From: an uncultured Planctomycetaceae bacterium
Lineage (GTDB): Bacteria; Planctomycetota; Planctomycetia; Planctomycetales; Planctomycetaceae
Assembly: GCA_964589725.1 (NCBI GenBank)
Contig: CAZPUJ010000230.1
Location: 1 to 12,010, forward strand
Direction of reading: 5' to 3'
Length of the DNA: 12,010 bases
Shown here: piece by piece, positions 1 to 6,111 of the stretch
How positions within the stretch are numbered: position 1 is the stretch's first letter
Layout of the letters: each line of letters starts with the position of its first letter
Program-made: the position numbers and the translations under genes
Notes under the pieces: model-generated
Seen by the model: only the letters and a program-made list of their open reading frames with translations
Told to the model about the DNA's origin: nothing
The model's database searches: none

Positions 1-357
1 CACGCGAGACCGAGAGGACGGGAAATGACCTTCCGAAGAGTGGGTGGGCTGGATCTGTTACCTCAACCCGTTCCAGGCTGGCATCGTCTGGGTTCTTGAA
101 CGGGGCATCAAGATCGGTTGTCGTTCGACAACATCCCGCACAACGTCGTGATGCAGGGTCTGCGGAACGTGGTCGCGGATGGCAACATCCTGAACCTCCA
201 ACCCGCTGGCCGAAGCATTCGAAGGGGTGTTGCTTGGGAGCCCATCGAAAGCGTCGTTCCGCCCATTCGGAATTCTGCGGTGCCAGTTGTGGCCGGTCTC
301 CTGACCGAGCCACCCCGCCCGACCGTAGGTCTCCCCGAACGGTCCAGCTCGGTTCGG

Positions 358-732
358 TCAAATCGGAATGGCGAAGATAATGATTTCACCGTCGGGCACG
401 ACGCGCATTTGTAAGTCGTGTCCCGCCAGCAGAGCCATTCCGATGAGCGGTTCGGTTTCGGCCGCATCGACTTCGATCGTGAGTGGGCGACCGTCCCAGA
501 GAATCGTGAGTTCGAAGATTTGGCTGAACGTCTTGCTGCCATCAGCCAAGTACACGTTCGCGATGCCAACTCGCTTGCCGCCGAATCGCTCGATCACTGC
601 CAGCGGCAAAGTGAGACTGCCACTAACCCCGGTATCGACCACGCCCGAAAAACCAATCGCAGACCGATCGTCGCAAACAATCGCCAAGTCAATCCAACCT
701 TCGAATTCGTCGGTGACAACTCCACGAATCAT
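358..732 (-). CDS. Retropepsin-like (clan AA) aspartic protease, about 124 aa from the coupled ATG at 732. The ORF-track frame is open upstream to 795.
   Basis: The translation contains 'VVDTGVSGSLTLP', the catalytic D-T-G motif of retroviral-type aspartyl proteases, and a downstream flap/'LIGMALLAGHDL' (hydrophobic-hydrophobic-Gly) motif typical of the single-domain retropepsin fold. An internal ATG at 732..730 overlaps the stop of the upstream gene as ATGA (+ strand 729..732 = tcat). An AAGGA ribosome-binding site lies 7 nt upstream of that ATG. The size matches bacterial retropepsin-like proteases. Confidence 0.7.
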   Translation of the reverse strand: MIRGVVTDEFEGWIDLAIVCDDRSAIGFSGVVDTGVSGSLTLPLAVIERFGGKRVGIANVYLADGSKTFSQIFELTILWDGRPLTIEVDAAETEPLIGMALLAGHDLQMRVVPDGEIIIFAIPI

Positions 733-998
733 GCGACCGTCCTTGGCACGCGGCCGATACGGTGGTAGTAGAGGCTCCCAATTCGCACCAGCCAAACCTC
801 CGCGTTGGGTTGCCGGGTTCGCAAATCTCTGACCGCCAAAATTCCATTGGCGGCGACGCTGAAATCACCCGACAGAACGTCGATGGCAACGACTTGGCCT
901 TTGGCGGACGCGACCTGAACTTCGATGGTTTCGCGGTACAACTTGTCGCCGCGCGCAGCGATCTCTTCGGCGGAGAGCGTGACGGCTGTTTGAGACAT
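729..998 (-). CDS. Small (89 aa) hypothetical protein, the conserved-looking partner of the retropepsin-like protease and first gene of a two-gene operon.
   Basis: ATG at 998..996 with a GAGGAG site 9 nt upstream. An in-frame stop lies upstream at 1055..1053. The stop overlaps the start of the protease gene (ATGA). The central motif 'GQVVAIDVLSGDFSV ... VWLVRIGSLYY' resembles, from memory, a small DUF family often found next to retropepsin-like proteases. This was not verified. Confidence 0.55.
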   Translation of the reverse strand: MSQTAVTLSAEEIAARGDKLYRETIEVQVASAKGQVVAIDVLSGDFSVAANGILAVRDLRTRQPNAEVWLVRIGSLYYHRIGRVPRTVA

Positions 999-1132
999 GA
1001 TCGAAGACTCCTCGGAAAAGCGGGCTTCTATGCCACGCAGCAGTGTAACTCGTCAAGCCATCAGGACTGAATCCCGCATTGACGATTTCCGTTACTAGCC
1101 CGGCCAGCAGTGCCTTCAGGCGTTCAGTGGGT

Positions 1133-1176
1133 ACATAAAAGGTGACATAAAAGGTGTCAGACATAAAAGGTGTCAG
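1133..1176. repeat. Three tandem direct repeats ACATAAAAGGTG(TCAG) (12, 16 and 16 nt) containing a TGACA-N7-TGTCA inverted repeat. Candidate operator or iteron upstream of the protease operon.
   Basis: Read directly: 1133-1144 acataaaaggtg, 1145-1160 acataaaaggtgtcag, 1161-1176 acataaaaggtgtcag. tgaca at 1143-1147 and tgtca at 1155-1159 form a 5-bp palindrome. The array is AT-rich in a GC-rich background, 135-180 bp upstream of the start at 998 on the sense side of the minus-strand operon. Confidence 0.8.
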
Positions 1177-1304
1177 GAACCGTTTATTAACGAATCCAGG
1201 TCAGGCCCATCGGACATCGTCCATGTCCGTCTCAGCCGCCGCTCGCCGTCACCACGGACTTCGGCCAATTTTGAATTCTTGAATGCGTGACCCCGACCGT
1301 GCGG

Positions 1305-1508
1305 CTATTTCGCAAAGATACGGTCCTTTAGTTTGAAGACCAGACCCTCCTTGGTCTCGATATCGGTCAGCAGTTGCTTTACTTTCCGCTTCGAGCAGAC
1401 GCGGAGTTTCCAAAAAGCCCGCAGGATGTCGACCAGGTCAAAGACCTCAATGCCCTCGGCCACGCAGAAGTTGCGTGCGCGACGATCGTTGGTGTCGGCC
1501 AGGAACAT
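1305..1508 (-). pseudogene. C-terminal remnant (67 aa) of a DUF3368/PIN-like toxin. The N-terminal catalytic half is missing.
   Basis: The translation 'FLADTNDRRARNFCVAEGIEVFDLVDILRAFWKLRVCSKRKVKQLLTDIETKEGLVFKLKDRI' aligns to the C-terminal DUF3368 segment of PIN-like toxins, which is about 150 aa in full. The pattern is LLxDxxxRRxAxxxGxxVxGxxGxL...G. The same frame has a stop 10 codons upstream (1539-1541), and no other minus frame encodes a PIN N-terminus. Confidence 0.6.
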
Positions 1509-1843
1509 GGGCGTCGTTTCCGAATGCGTTCGACCGCCTCATCGAGATCCTTCGCCGGCCGCGCTTCGAGTTCGATCCGGAATCCCCGCTGCTCGAGCAT
1601 CTCCTGAAACCGCCACTGCGTCATTCCCACCAACTCGGCGGCACGCCCGAGCGTGACCGCCCCGTCCAAATATCGCCGGATCGCTGCCTCCATCCGCAGT
1701 TGCGGCTTGACAGCAAACATCATCTGCACCGCCTCGCGCACAGCCTCCTCCTCGCTGGCGAAACAACCCGCCCGCACCACGGCGGAAAGCTCATTATCGA
1801 CGTCAGGTGGTGCAACATTCGTCTGGTGCCGGGCCATGATCAA
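1379..1843 (-). CDS. UPF0175-family antitoxin-like protein with a non-conserved C-terminal extension of about 43 aa that overlaps the toxin remnant.
   Basis: Residues about 50-111, 'EAAIRRYLDGAVTLGRAAELVGMTQWRFQEMLEQRGFRIELEARPAKDLDEAVERIRKRR', match the UPF0175 signature (LY..G..SLGKAAELAGMS..EF..LL...GI). A strong site, GGAGGTGA, lies 9 nt upstream of the ATG at 1843. A typical family member ends near aa 90-110; here the frame stays open to 1379. Confidence 0.6.
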   Translation of the reverse strand: MIMARHQTNVAPPDVDNELSAVVRAGCFASEEEAVREAVQMMFAVKPQLRMEAAIRRYLDGAVTLGRAAELVGMTQWRFQEMLEQRGFRIELEARPAKDLDEAVERIRKRRPCSWPTPTIVAHATSAWPRALRSLTWSTSCGLFGNSASARSGK

Positions 1844-1925
1844 TCACCTCCAAGTGGAAAAATTCACGTTAGCAGTCGTGGGGACGTATCCGCAAGTTGG
1901 CGAGTGCCGTTTGTGAATGGAATCC

Positions 1926-2054
1926 GGGGTCAAGATGTTCTGATTTCTTTTTTGGCCCCGCAATCCACCCGCGACACGATTTGCCATTCAGTCGTGCGAT
2001 CAGAGTTTGACGTCCGTTCGCGCCGCCAAAACAGAAATCAGAACACGTGACCCC
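1926..2054. repeat. Imperfect inverted repeat of about 22 bp (ggggtca..gttctgatttct / agaaatcagaac..tgacccc) flanking about 84 bp.
   Basis: Arm 1 is 1926-1948 ggggtcaagatgttctgatttct. Arm 2 is 2033-2054 agaaatcagaacacgtgacccc. There is a 12-bp perfect core and a 7-bp outer match with a 3-4 nt mismatch between them. Confidence 0.5.
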
Positions 2055-2094
2055 TCAATGCCGGAGGCGATCGCCGAAGAGACGCCAACAAAAT

Positions 2095-2129
2095 GGCCCA
2101 GGGATTCTCGATTGTCGAATCCCTGGGCC
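2095..2129 (-). terminator. Rho-independent terminator for the flotillin gene.
   Basis: A perfect 13-bp stem, ggcccagggattc (2095-2107) / gaatccctgggcc (2117-2129), with a 9-nt loop lies 33 nt downstream of the stop at 2162. On the minus strand it is followed by ATTTTGTTGG. Confidence 0.55.
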
Positions 2130-2161
2130 GGTGATGCTGCGACTTCTTGACCAATCGACTG

Positions 2162-4366
2162 TCACGCTTGTGAGAGGGATGGCTCCTGTTTGACTTTGGG
2201 TTCCGGTTTGGCTGATGCTGAATCTGGTTCGGCTGTTGGGCTGACAGTCGTTGACGTTGTCACGCCTAGGCCGACTTTGTCAGCGATCAACAGGTCGATC
2301 AACGTTGCGAACAAACCCATATCCTTCGAGTGACCATTCGCCTGGCCGTTGCCATTGCCATTCGCGCCGGACATGAAGAGGCGTTCGGGCACCAGAGGTT
2401 GTTTGCTTTGCGACAGGTGTTGAGCCACCAGCGAGAGCGCGTACAACCGCGGGTCGCCGTATGAGCCGATCTTCTGCGCGAGCACTCGGGCCTGAGCCTC
2501 GCCTTCCATCGAGACGCGTTGCCCTTCGCCTTCACCCATCAGCTTGAGCGCCAGGCTTTCGGCTTCGGCCTTCAGCCGAATCGCTTGGCTGGCGGCTTCG
2601 GCTTCGAGCACTTTGCGTTTGCGGTCGGCTTCGGCCTCGACAACGGATTGCTCCGCCTTCTTGCGGCCTTTCGCCAAATCCGCGTCGCCCTGGTTAGCGG
2701 CGATTTGGATTTGCACTTGCGAGTTCGTCAGTTCGGCCTGCTTGTCGGCCACGGCTTGAGCCATCTTCAGCTCCTTGAGTTTGTCGGCGGCGGTTTTTTG
2801 CTGTTCGTAGGTCAACACCTGCTCGCGAGCCAACTGCCGCTGACGCAATTGATCCAACAGTTTTTCGATGTCGCTGCCGGCCACGCTGTCGGGCTTGCCG
2901 ATCAGCACGTCCACCAGCTCGATGTCGAAGTCCTTAAACTTCCCTCGCAGTTCGCCACGAGCTTCCGCTTGGATGACGTCACGCTCGTGCAGCAACGCCA
3001 GCATGGTTTTCTTGTGAGCGATGTCCCGGAAGTACGCGCTCAGCAGCGGGTCTAGCGTTTGCGTGATGAGTTTCTTCACGTCGCCGAATCGCTGCACAAC
3101 GCTCGCGGCCTTCTGGTAGTCAATGTGGACGACGATCGACAGCGGCAGCACCGGTTCGTAAGCGTCGGCCGTGACCAGGTCGATCGACTTCAGACTTTCG
3201 TCGAATTTATGCGACTCGCTGCGGCCAGTGATCCAGTGCAGCACGAAGTTCGTCGTCGGGACCAGGTGAACGTTGCCGGCATACCGGTTGAACGCATACT
3301 TGCCCGGCCCCAGCGTGTTGGCTTGCACGCCACGCTCGCCTTCGACCACTCGTTCGCCGTGACGGAACGCCACGCCCGAAACGTCGTGTCCTTCCTTTCC
3401 GTAATAACTGACGACGACCCCCACGTGCCCGATCGGCACCACGGTCTTCGGCATCAGCTCGACGGTCGCAAACCAACGGTTGATGAAATACGTGCCGTCC
3501 GTCAGCGGAACGTACTGCCGGCCGCGTCGGCCGCCGGCTCGCAGAAACGCTTCGATGTCCTGATAGTTGTTGTGATAGTTCGGATCGCTGGCCTCCGTCG
3601 CGACCGCCGGAGCGATAATGTGCCCCGCTGCCAATGCCGGTCCGTCATGCGCGGTCACAATGCCAATCTTGTCGCCGGAATGAACTTCGTTGGTTCCATC
3701 TTCCGACGATTCCACGTTGCCCCCGCCGATCACGATTGGATCGAAACCGTTGACAGCGGCAAGTTCCTCGCGCCACGCGCTGAGCGTTGATTTCTCGCCT
3801 GCGTTGCCGAGGTTGTGGTGATAGACCACCTGCTCGGTGACCACGACGAACAGCACTGGGTTGATCACGTACACGCCTTCGCGGAGGATCGCTCGCTGAC
3901 GGCCTCGCTGGCCGTAAACCGGCTTCTCACCGAAGCCGCCGCACAGAAACGCTCGTGCGTCTTGGAAGTGGTTGCAGTCCACCACGCGACCGAGCGTTTG
4001 TTCCGGAGGCAATGGCTGGCCATCGCGAGCAAACAGGTAGCCGATTTTGCCTTGCGGCACGACCGTCAACGGAGCCTTGTGAATTCGGAACTGCCACGGC
4101 CAGTAACCGAAGTGCAGTCCACCGCGCAGCAACTCCGCCTGAAAACCAGCCTCGCCGTTGAGCGCCATCAAGCGGCCCTCACCCAGCGACCCGGTTTGCG
4201 ACCACAGTTTCTCCACGACGCCGACACGGTTGTTCGGGATGAATTTCACCCCCAACAACGCCGGCAGCAGGAGCAATGCGACGACAAACAACATCGCAAT
4301 GAGTCGCACCGCTCCGTCTGGCAAATCCACTGCCAAAAAATTCATGCTCATCAGAAACGTACTCAT
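2162..4366 (-). CDS. Flotillin-family (SPFH/band-7, FloT/YqiK-like) membrane protein, about 734 aa.
   Basis: There is an N-terminal transmembrane segment (LIAMLFVVALLLLPALLGV). It is followed by an SPFH-like region and then a long Glu/Ala/Lys-rich coiled coil with EA repeats (VEAEADRKRKVLEAEAASQAIRLKAEAESLALK), typical of flotillins. The likely start is the ATG at 4366 (MSTFLMSMNF), with an AAGGGA site upstream. The ORF-track extension to 4525 lacks a ribosome-binding site. Confidence 0.8.
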   Translation of the reverse strand: MSTFLMSMNFLAVDLPDGAVRLIAMLFVVALLLLPALLGVKFIPNNRVGVVEKLWSQTGSLGEGRLMALNGEAGFQAELLRGGLHFGYWPWQFRIHKAPLTVVPQGKIGYLFARDGQPLPPEQTLGRVVDCNHFQDARAFLCGGFGEKPVYGQRGRQRAILREGVYVINPVLFVVVTEQVVYHHNLGNAGEKSTLSAWREELAAVNGFDPIVIGGGNVESSEDGTNEVHSGDKIGIVTAHDGPALAAGHIIAPAVATEASDPNYHNNYQDIEAFLRAGGRRGRQYVPLTDGTYFINRWFATVELMPKTVVPIGHVGVVVSYYGKEGHDVSGVAFRHGERVVEGERGVQANTLGPGKYAFNRYAGNVHLVPTTNFVLHWITGRSESHKFDESLKSIDLVTADAYEPVLPLSIVVHIDYQKAASVVQRFGDVKKLITQTLDPLLSAYFRDIAHKKTMLALLHERDVIQAEARGELRGKFKDFDIELVDVLIGKPDSVAGSDIEKLLDQLRQRQLAREQVLTYEQQKTAADKLKELKMAQAVADKQAELTNSQVQIQIAANQGDADLAKGRKKAEQSVVEAEADRKRKVLEAEAASQAIRLKAEAESLALKLMGEGEGQRVSMEGEAQARVLAQKIGSYGDPRLYALSLVAQHLSQSKQPLVPERLFMSGANGNGNGQANGHSKDMGLFATLIDLLIADKVGLGVTTSTTVSPTAEPDSASAKPEPKVKQEPSLSQA

Positions 4367-4579
4367 GGTGTCCCTTTCGTGTGCGCAGTCATGTGCGCTC
4401 GTAGCGACCGCATTCATGCGGTCCAGCCAGGGACGCCGACTTGGGTGTCGCATCGACCCGATGAATCGGGTCACTACGAGCGCCGCGTCCCCGGCTCGTG
4501 GACACTGAGGCAACTTCGGGGCCAATCACCTCAATCGCGACAACCGCCCATCCACAGCCGAGTTCAGCCAAACAGCAAC

Positions 4580-4626
4580 TCTCGCGGACCTCGCGAGAAC
4601 TGTCAGATGTGGTGACAATTCTCACC
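4580..4626 (+). promoter_or_regulatory. Two small palindromes in the leader of the sigma-54 activator gene: tctcgcg-N5-cgcgaga (4580-4598), and ggtga-N6-tcacc (4611-4626) abutting the start codon.
   Basis: Read directly. The second lies over the ribosome-binding region, immediately 5' of the ATG at 4628. Confidence 0.3.
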
Positions 4627-4627
4627 C

Positions 4628-6004
4628 ATGCCTGACTCTCTTCTGATCTTGCAACCTTTCGGGACCGATCTGAGCGACCTGCGCAAGGCAATCGTCTCCA
4701 AAGCTGATGCGAACGCTGTCGTGCAATTGGTTACGTCGCCGAAGGAATTGCTCACAACGGTGACGGACACGACGCGAGATCATGTCGCGTTAATTCCGCT
4801 CGCTGCGGGACGAGGCAAGAACGGCGGCCTGGCCTTGATCTCGCAAATTCGCGAAAGCAATCCAGATGTCGTCGTAGTGATTGTCGCGGACAAAGGAGAT
4901 GTTGATGTGGCCGCGCAAGCCATTCAGGCTGGAGCGAACGACTTCTTGGTGCTCGGACCAAAACTGCGTGAGCGAGTCGCAACGCTGCTGGGCAAGCTGC
5001 AGGCGCTGCTCGATGCGGTGCGACGCAAGCGGCAGTTGGATGAGTACAGTTCGCAGCTTGCCAAGTCACTGCAACAGCAGTGGCCACTGATTGGAGCTTC
5101 GGCGGCGATGCGCAAGTTGCTGACGCGGATTCAGCGAGTCGCCAAGATCCCCCGGCCGGTGTTGATCATCGGCGAGCGAGGGACCGGCAAGGAATTGGTG
5201 GCGCGTGCGATTCACTTTTCGGGCGGGCCAGCGTCGAGGCCGCTGGTCACGATCAATTGCGCGGCGTTCAACGACGCGCTGTTGGAAAGCGAACTCTTCG
5301 GCCACGAGCGGGGCGCATTCACGGGTGCGGACACCGCTCGGCGAGGCAAGTTCGAGCTCGCCGACGCCGGCACGCTATTCCTCGACGAGATTGCTCACAT
5401 GTCGCTGCCGTTCCAGCAAAAGATTCTGCGCGTCGTCGAATACGGCGCGTTCCAGCGAGTTGGCGGCAGCGAAGAACTGCGCACGACCGCTCGCATCGTC
5501 GCCGCCACGAACTGCAATCTGCGCGACCGTATTGAACGAGGCGAGTTCCTGGCGGACTTGTACGACCGCATTTCGTTCGAGGTGCTCGACATCCCGCCGT
5601 TGCGGCAGCGCGGCGACGACGTTGAGCTGCTGGCCCAGCATTTCCTAGCCACGTTCGTGCGCGAGACGCATTCGCTCACGCCCAAAACATTTTCGACTGC
5701 CGCACTCGCCGCGCTCAAACAATACTCGTTTCCCGGCAACATCCGCGAACTGAAGACGATCGTCGAACGCGCGGCCTATCGCGACTCGGCAACCGAGATC
5801 ACACCCAGCGACCTCGGCCTAATCGCCGAGGACAACTGCCGCGCTCGCGCCGGCACCTTCGAGGAAAAGCGGGATGCCTTCAGCCGGCAACTCGTCCGCG
5901 AAGCGATCACCCAAGCCGACGGCAACCAAGCCCAAGCCGCGCGACTGCTGGGCCTCTCTTACCACCAGTTCCGCTACGACCTCAAGAAGTACTCCACTCG
6001 CTAA
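4628..6004 (+). CDS. Sigma-54-dependent transcriptional activator (bacterial enhancer-binding protein) with an N-terminal degenerate receiver-like domain and a C-terminal Fis-type helix-turn-helix.
   Basis: Motifs seen: Walker A 'GERGTGKE', the sigma-54 contact motif '[15 protein letters not shown]', Walker B 'GTLFLDEI', and 'ARIVAATN'. The C-terminus reads '[22 protein letters not shown]' (Fis-type HTH). The first 120 aa or so align to a CheY-like fold, but the acidic pocket is lost (QPF for DD; IPL where the phospho-Asp would be). Confidence 0.9.
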   Translation: MPDSLLILQPFGTDLSDLRKAIVSKADANAVVQLVTSPKELLTTVTDTTRDHVALIPLAAGRGKNGGLALISQIRESNPDVVVVIVADKGDVDVAAQAIQAGANDFLVLGPKLRERVATLLGKLQALLDAVRRKRQLDEYSSQLAKSLQQQWPLIGASAAMRKLLTRIQRVAKIPRPVLIIGERGTGKELVARAIHFSGGPASRPLVTINCAAFNDALLESELFGHERGAFTGADTARRGKFELADAGTLFLDEIAHMSLPFQQKILRVVEYGAFQRVGGSEELRTTARIVAATNCNLRDRIERGEFLADLYDRISFEVLDIPPLRQRGDDVELLAQHFLATFVRETHSLTPKTFSTAALAALKQYSFPGNIRELKTIVERAAYRDSATEITPSDLGLIAEDNCRARAGTFEEKRDAFSRQLVREAITQADGNQAQAARLLGLSYHQFRYDLKKYSTR

Positions 6005-6009
6005 CACTA

Positions 6010-6111
6010 CAGCGCACCTTCTGACTCGTTGTAGCTGAATTCGCAAGAATTCAGTCAGTCGACCAGGCTCGTGTGGCTGAATCCTTGCGAATTCAGCTAC
6101 AAGGTGCGCTG
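6010..6111. terminator. Large composite palindrome filling the convergent intergenic gap. Putative bidirectional terminator or repeat element.
   Basis: 6084-6111 cttgcgaattcagctacaaggtgcgctg is the reverse complement of 6010-6020 + 6029-6047 (cagcgcacctt / ttgtagctgaattcgcaag), giving about 28 bp of pairing with an 8-nt bulge. A nested hairpin, ctgaattc-GCAA-gaattcag, sits at 6034-6053. The structure spans the whole gap between stops at 6004 and 6112. No U-tract on either side. Confidence 0.45.

Noticed and set aside
96-832. Many overlapping ORFs in the track (96..380+, 108..569-, 368..832+, 418..768+, 689..889-, 762..1070+).
   Set aside because: They are Arg/Ser/Pro-rich shadow frames of the protease/partner operon in a GC-rich sequence. 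They have no motifs or ribosome-binding sites, and they overlap better-supported genes.
865-1164. 99-aa minus ORF starting 'MSDTFYVTFYVP' that runs through the tandem repeat and into the small partner gene.
   Set aside because: Its N-terminus is simply the translation of the tandem repeat. The ORF overlaps the well-supported 729..998 gene out of frame and turns Arg-rich there. No ribosome-binding site.
1333-2050. + strand ORFs 1333..1656, 1374..1607, 1475..2050, 1653..1916 and minus 1539..1766.
   Set aside because: They are antisense or alternate-frame shadows of the UPF0175/DUF3368 locus and its upstream region, with low-complexity Arg/Ala composition.
2519-4615. Long + strand ORFs (2519..3055, 3059..3790, 3815..4615) and others inside the flotillin gene.
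   Set aside because: They are antisense to a strongly supported 734-aa flotillin, with His/Arg/Leu-rich shadow composition typical of the reverse strand of GC-rich coding sequence.
4367-4627. Searched the flotillin/activator divergent region for a sigma-54 promoter (TGGCAC-N5-TTGCW, either strand).
   Set aside because: No acceptable GG-N10-GC element with flanking consensus was found by eye. Only small dyads were seen (gcgca-N6-tgcgc at 4392-4409, tctcgcg-N5-cgcgaga, ggtga-N6-tcacc). A position-weight-matrix scan would be needed to be sure.
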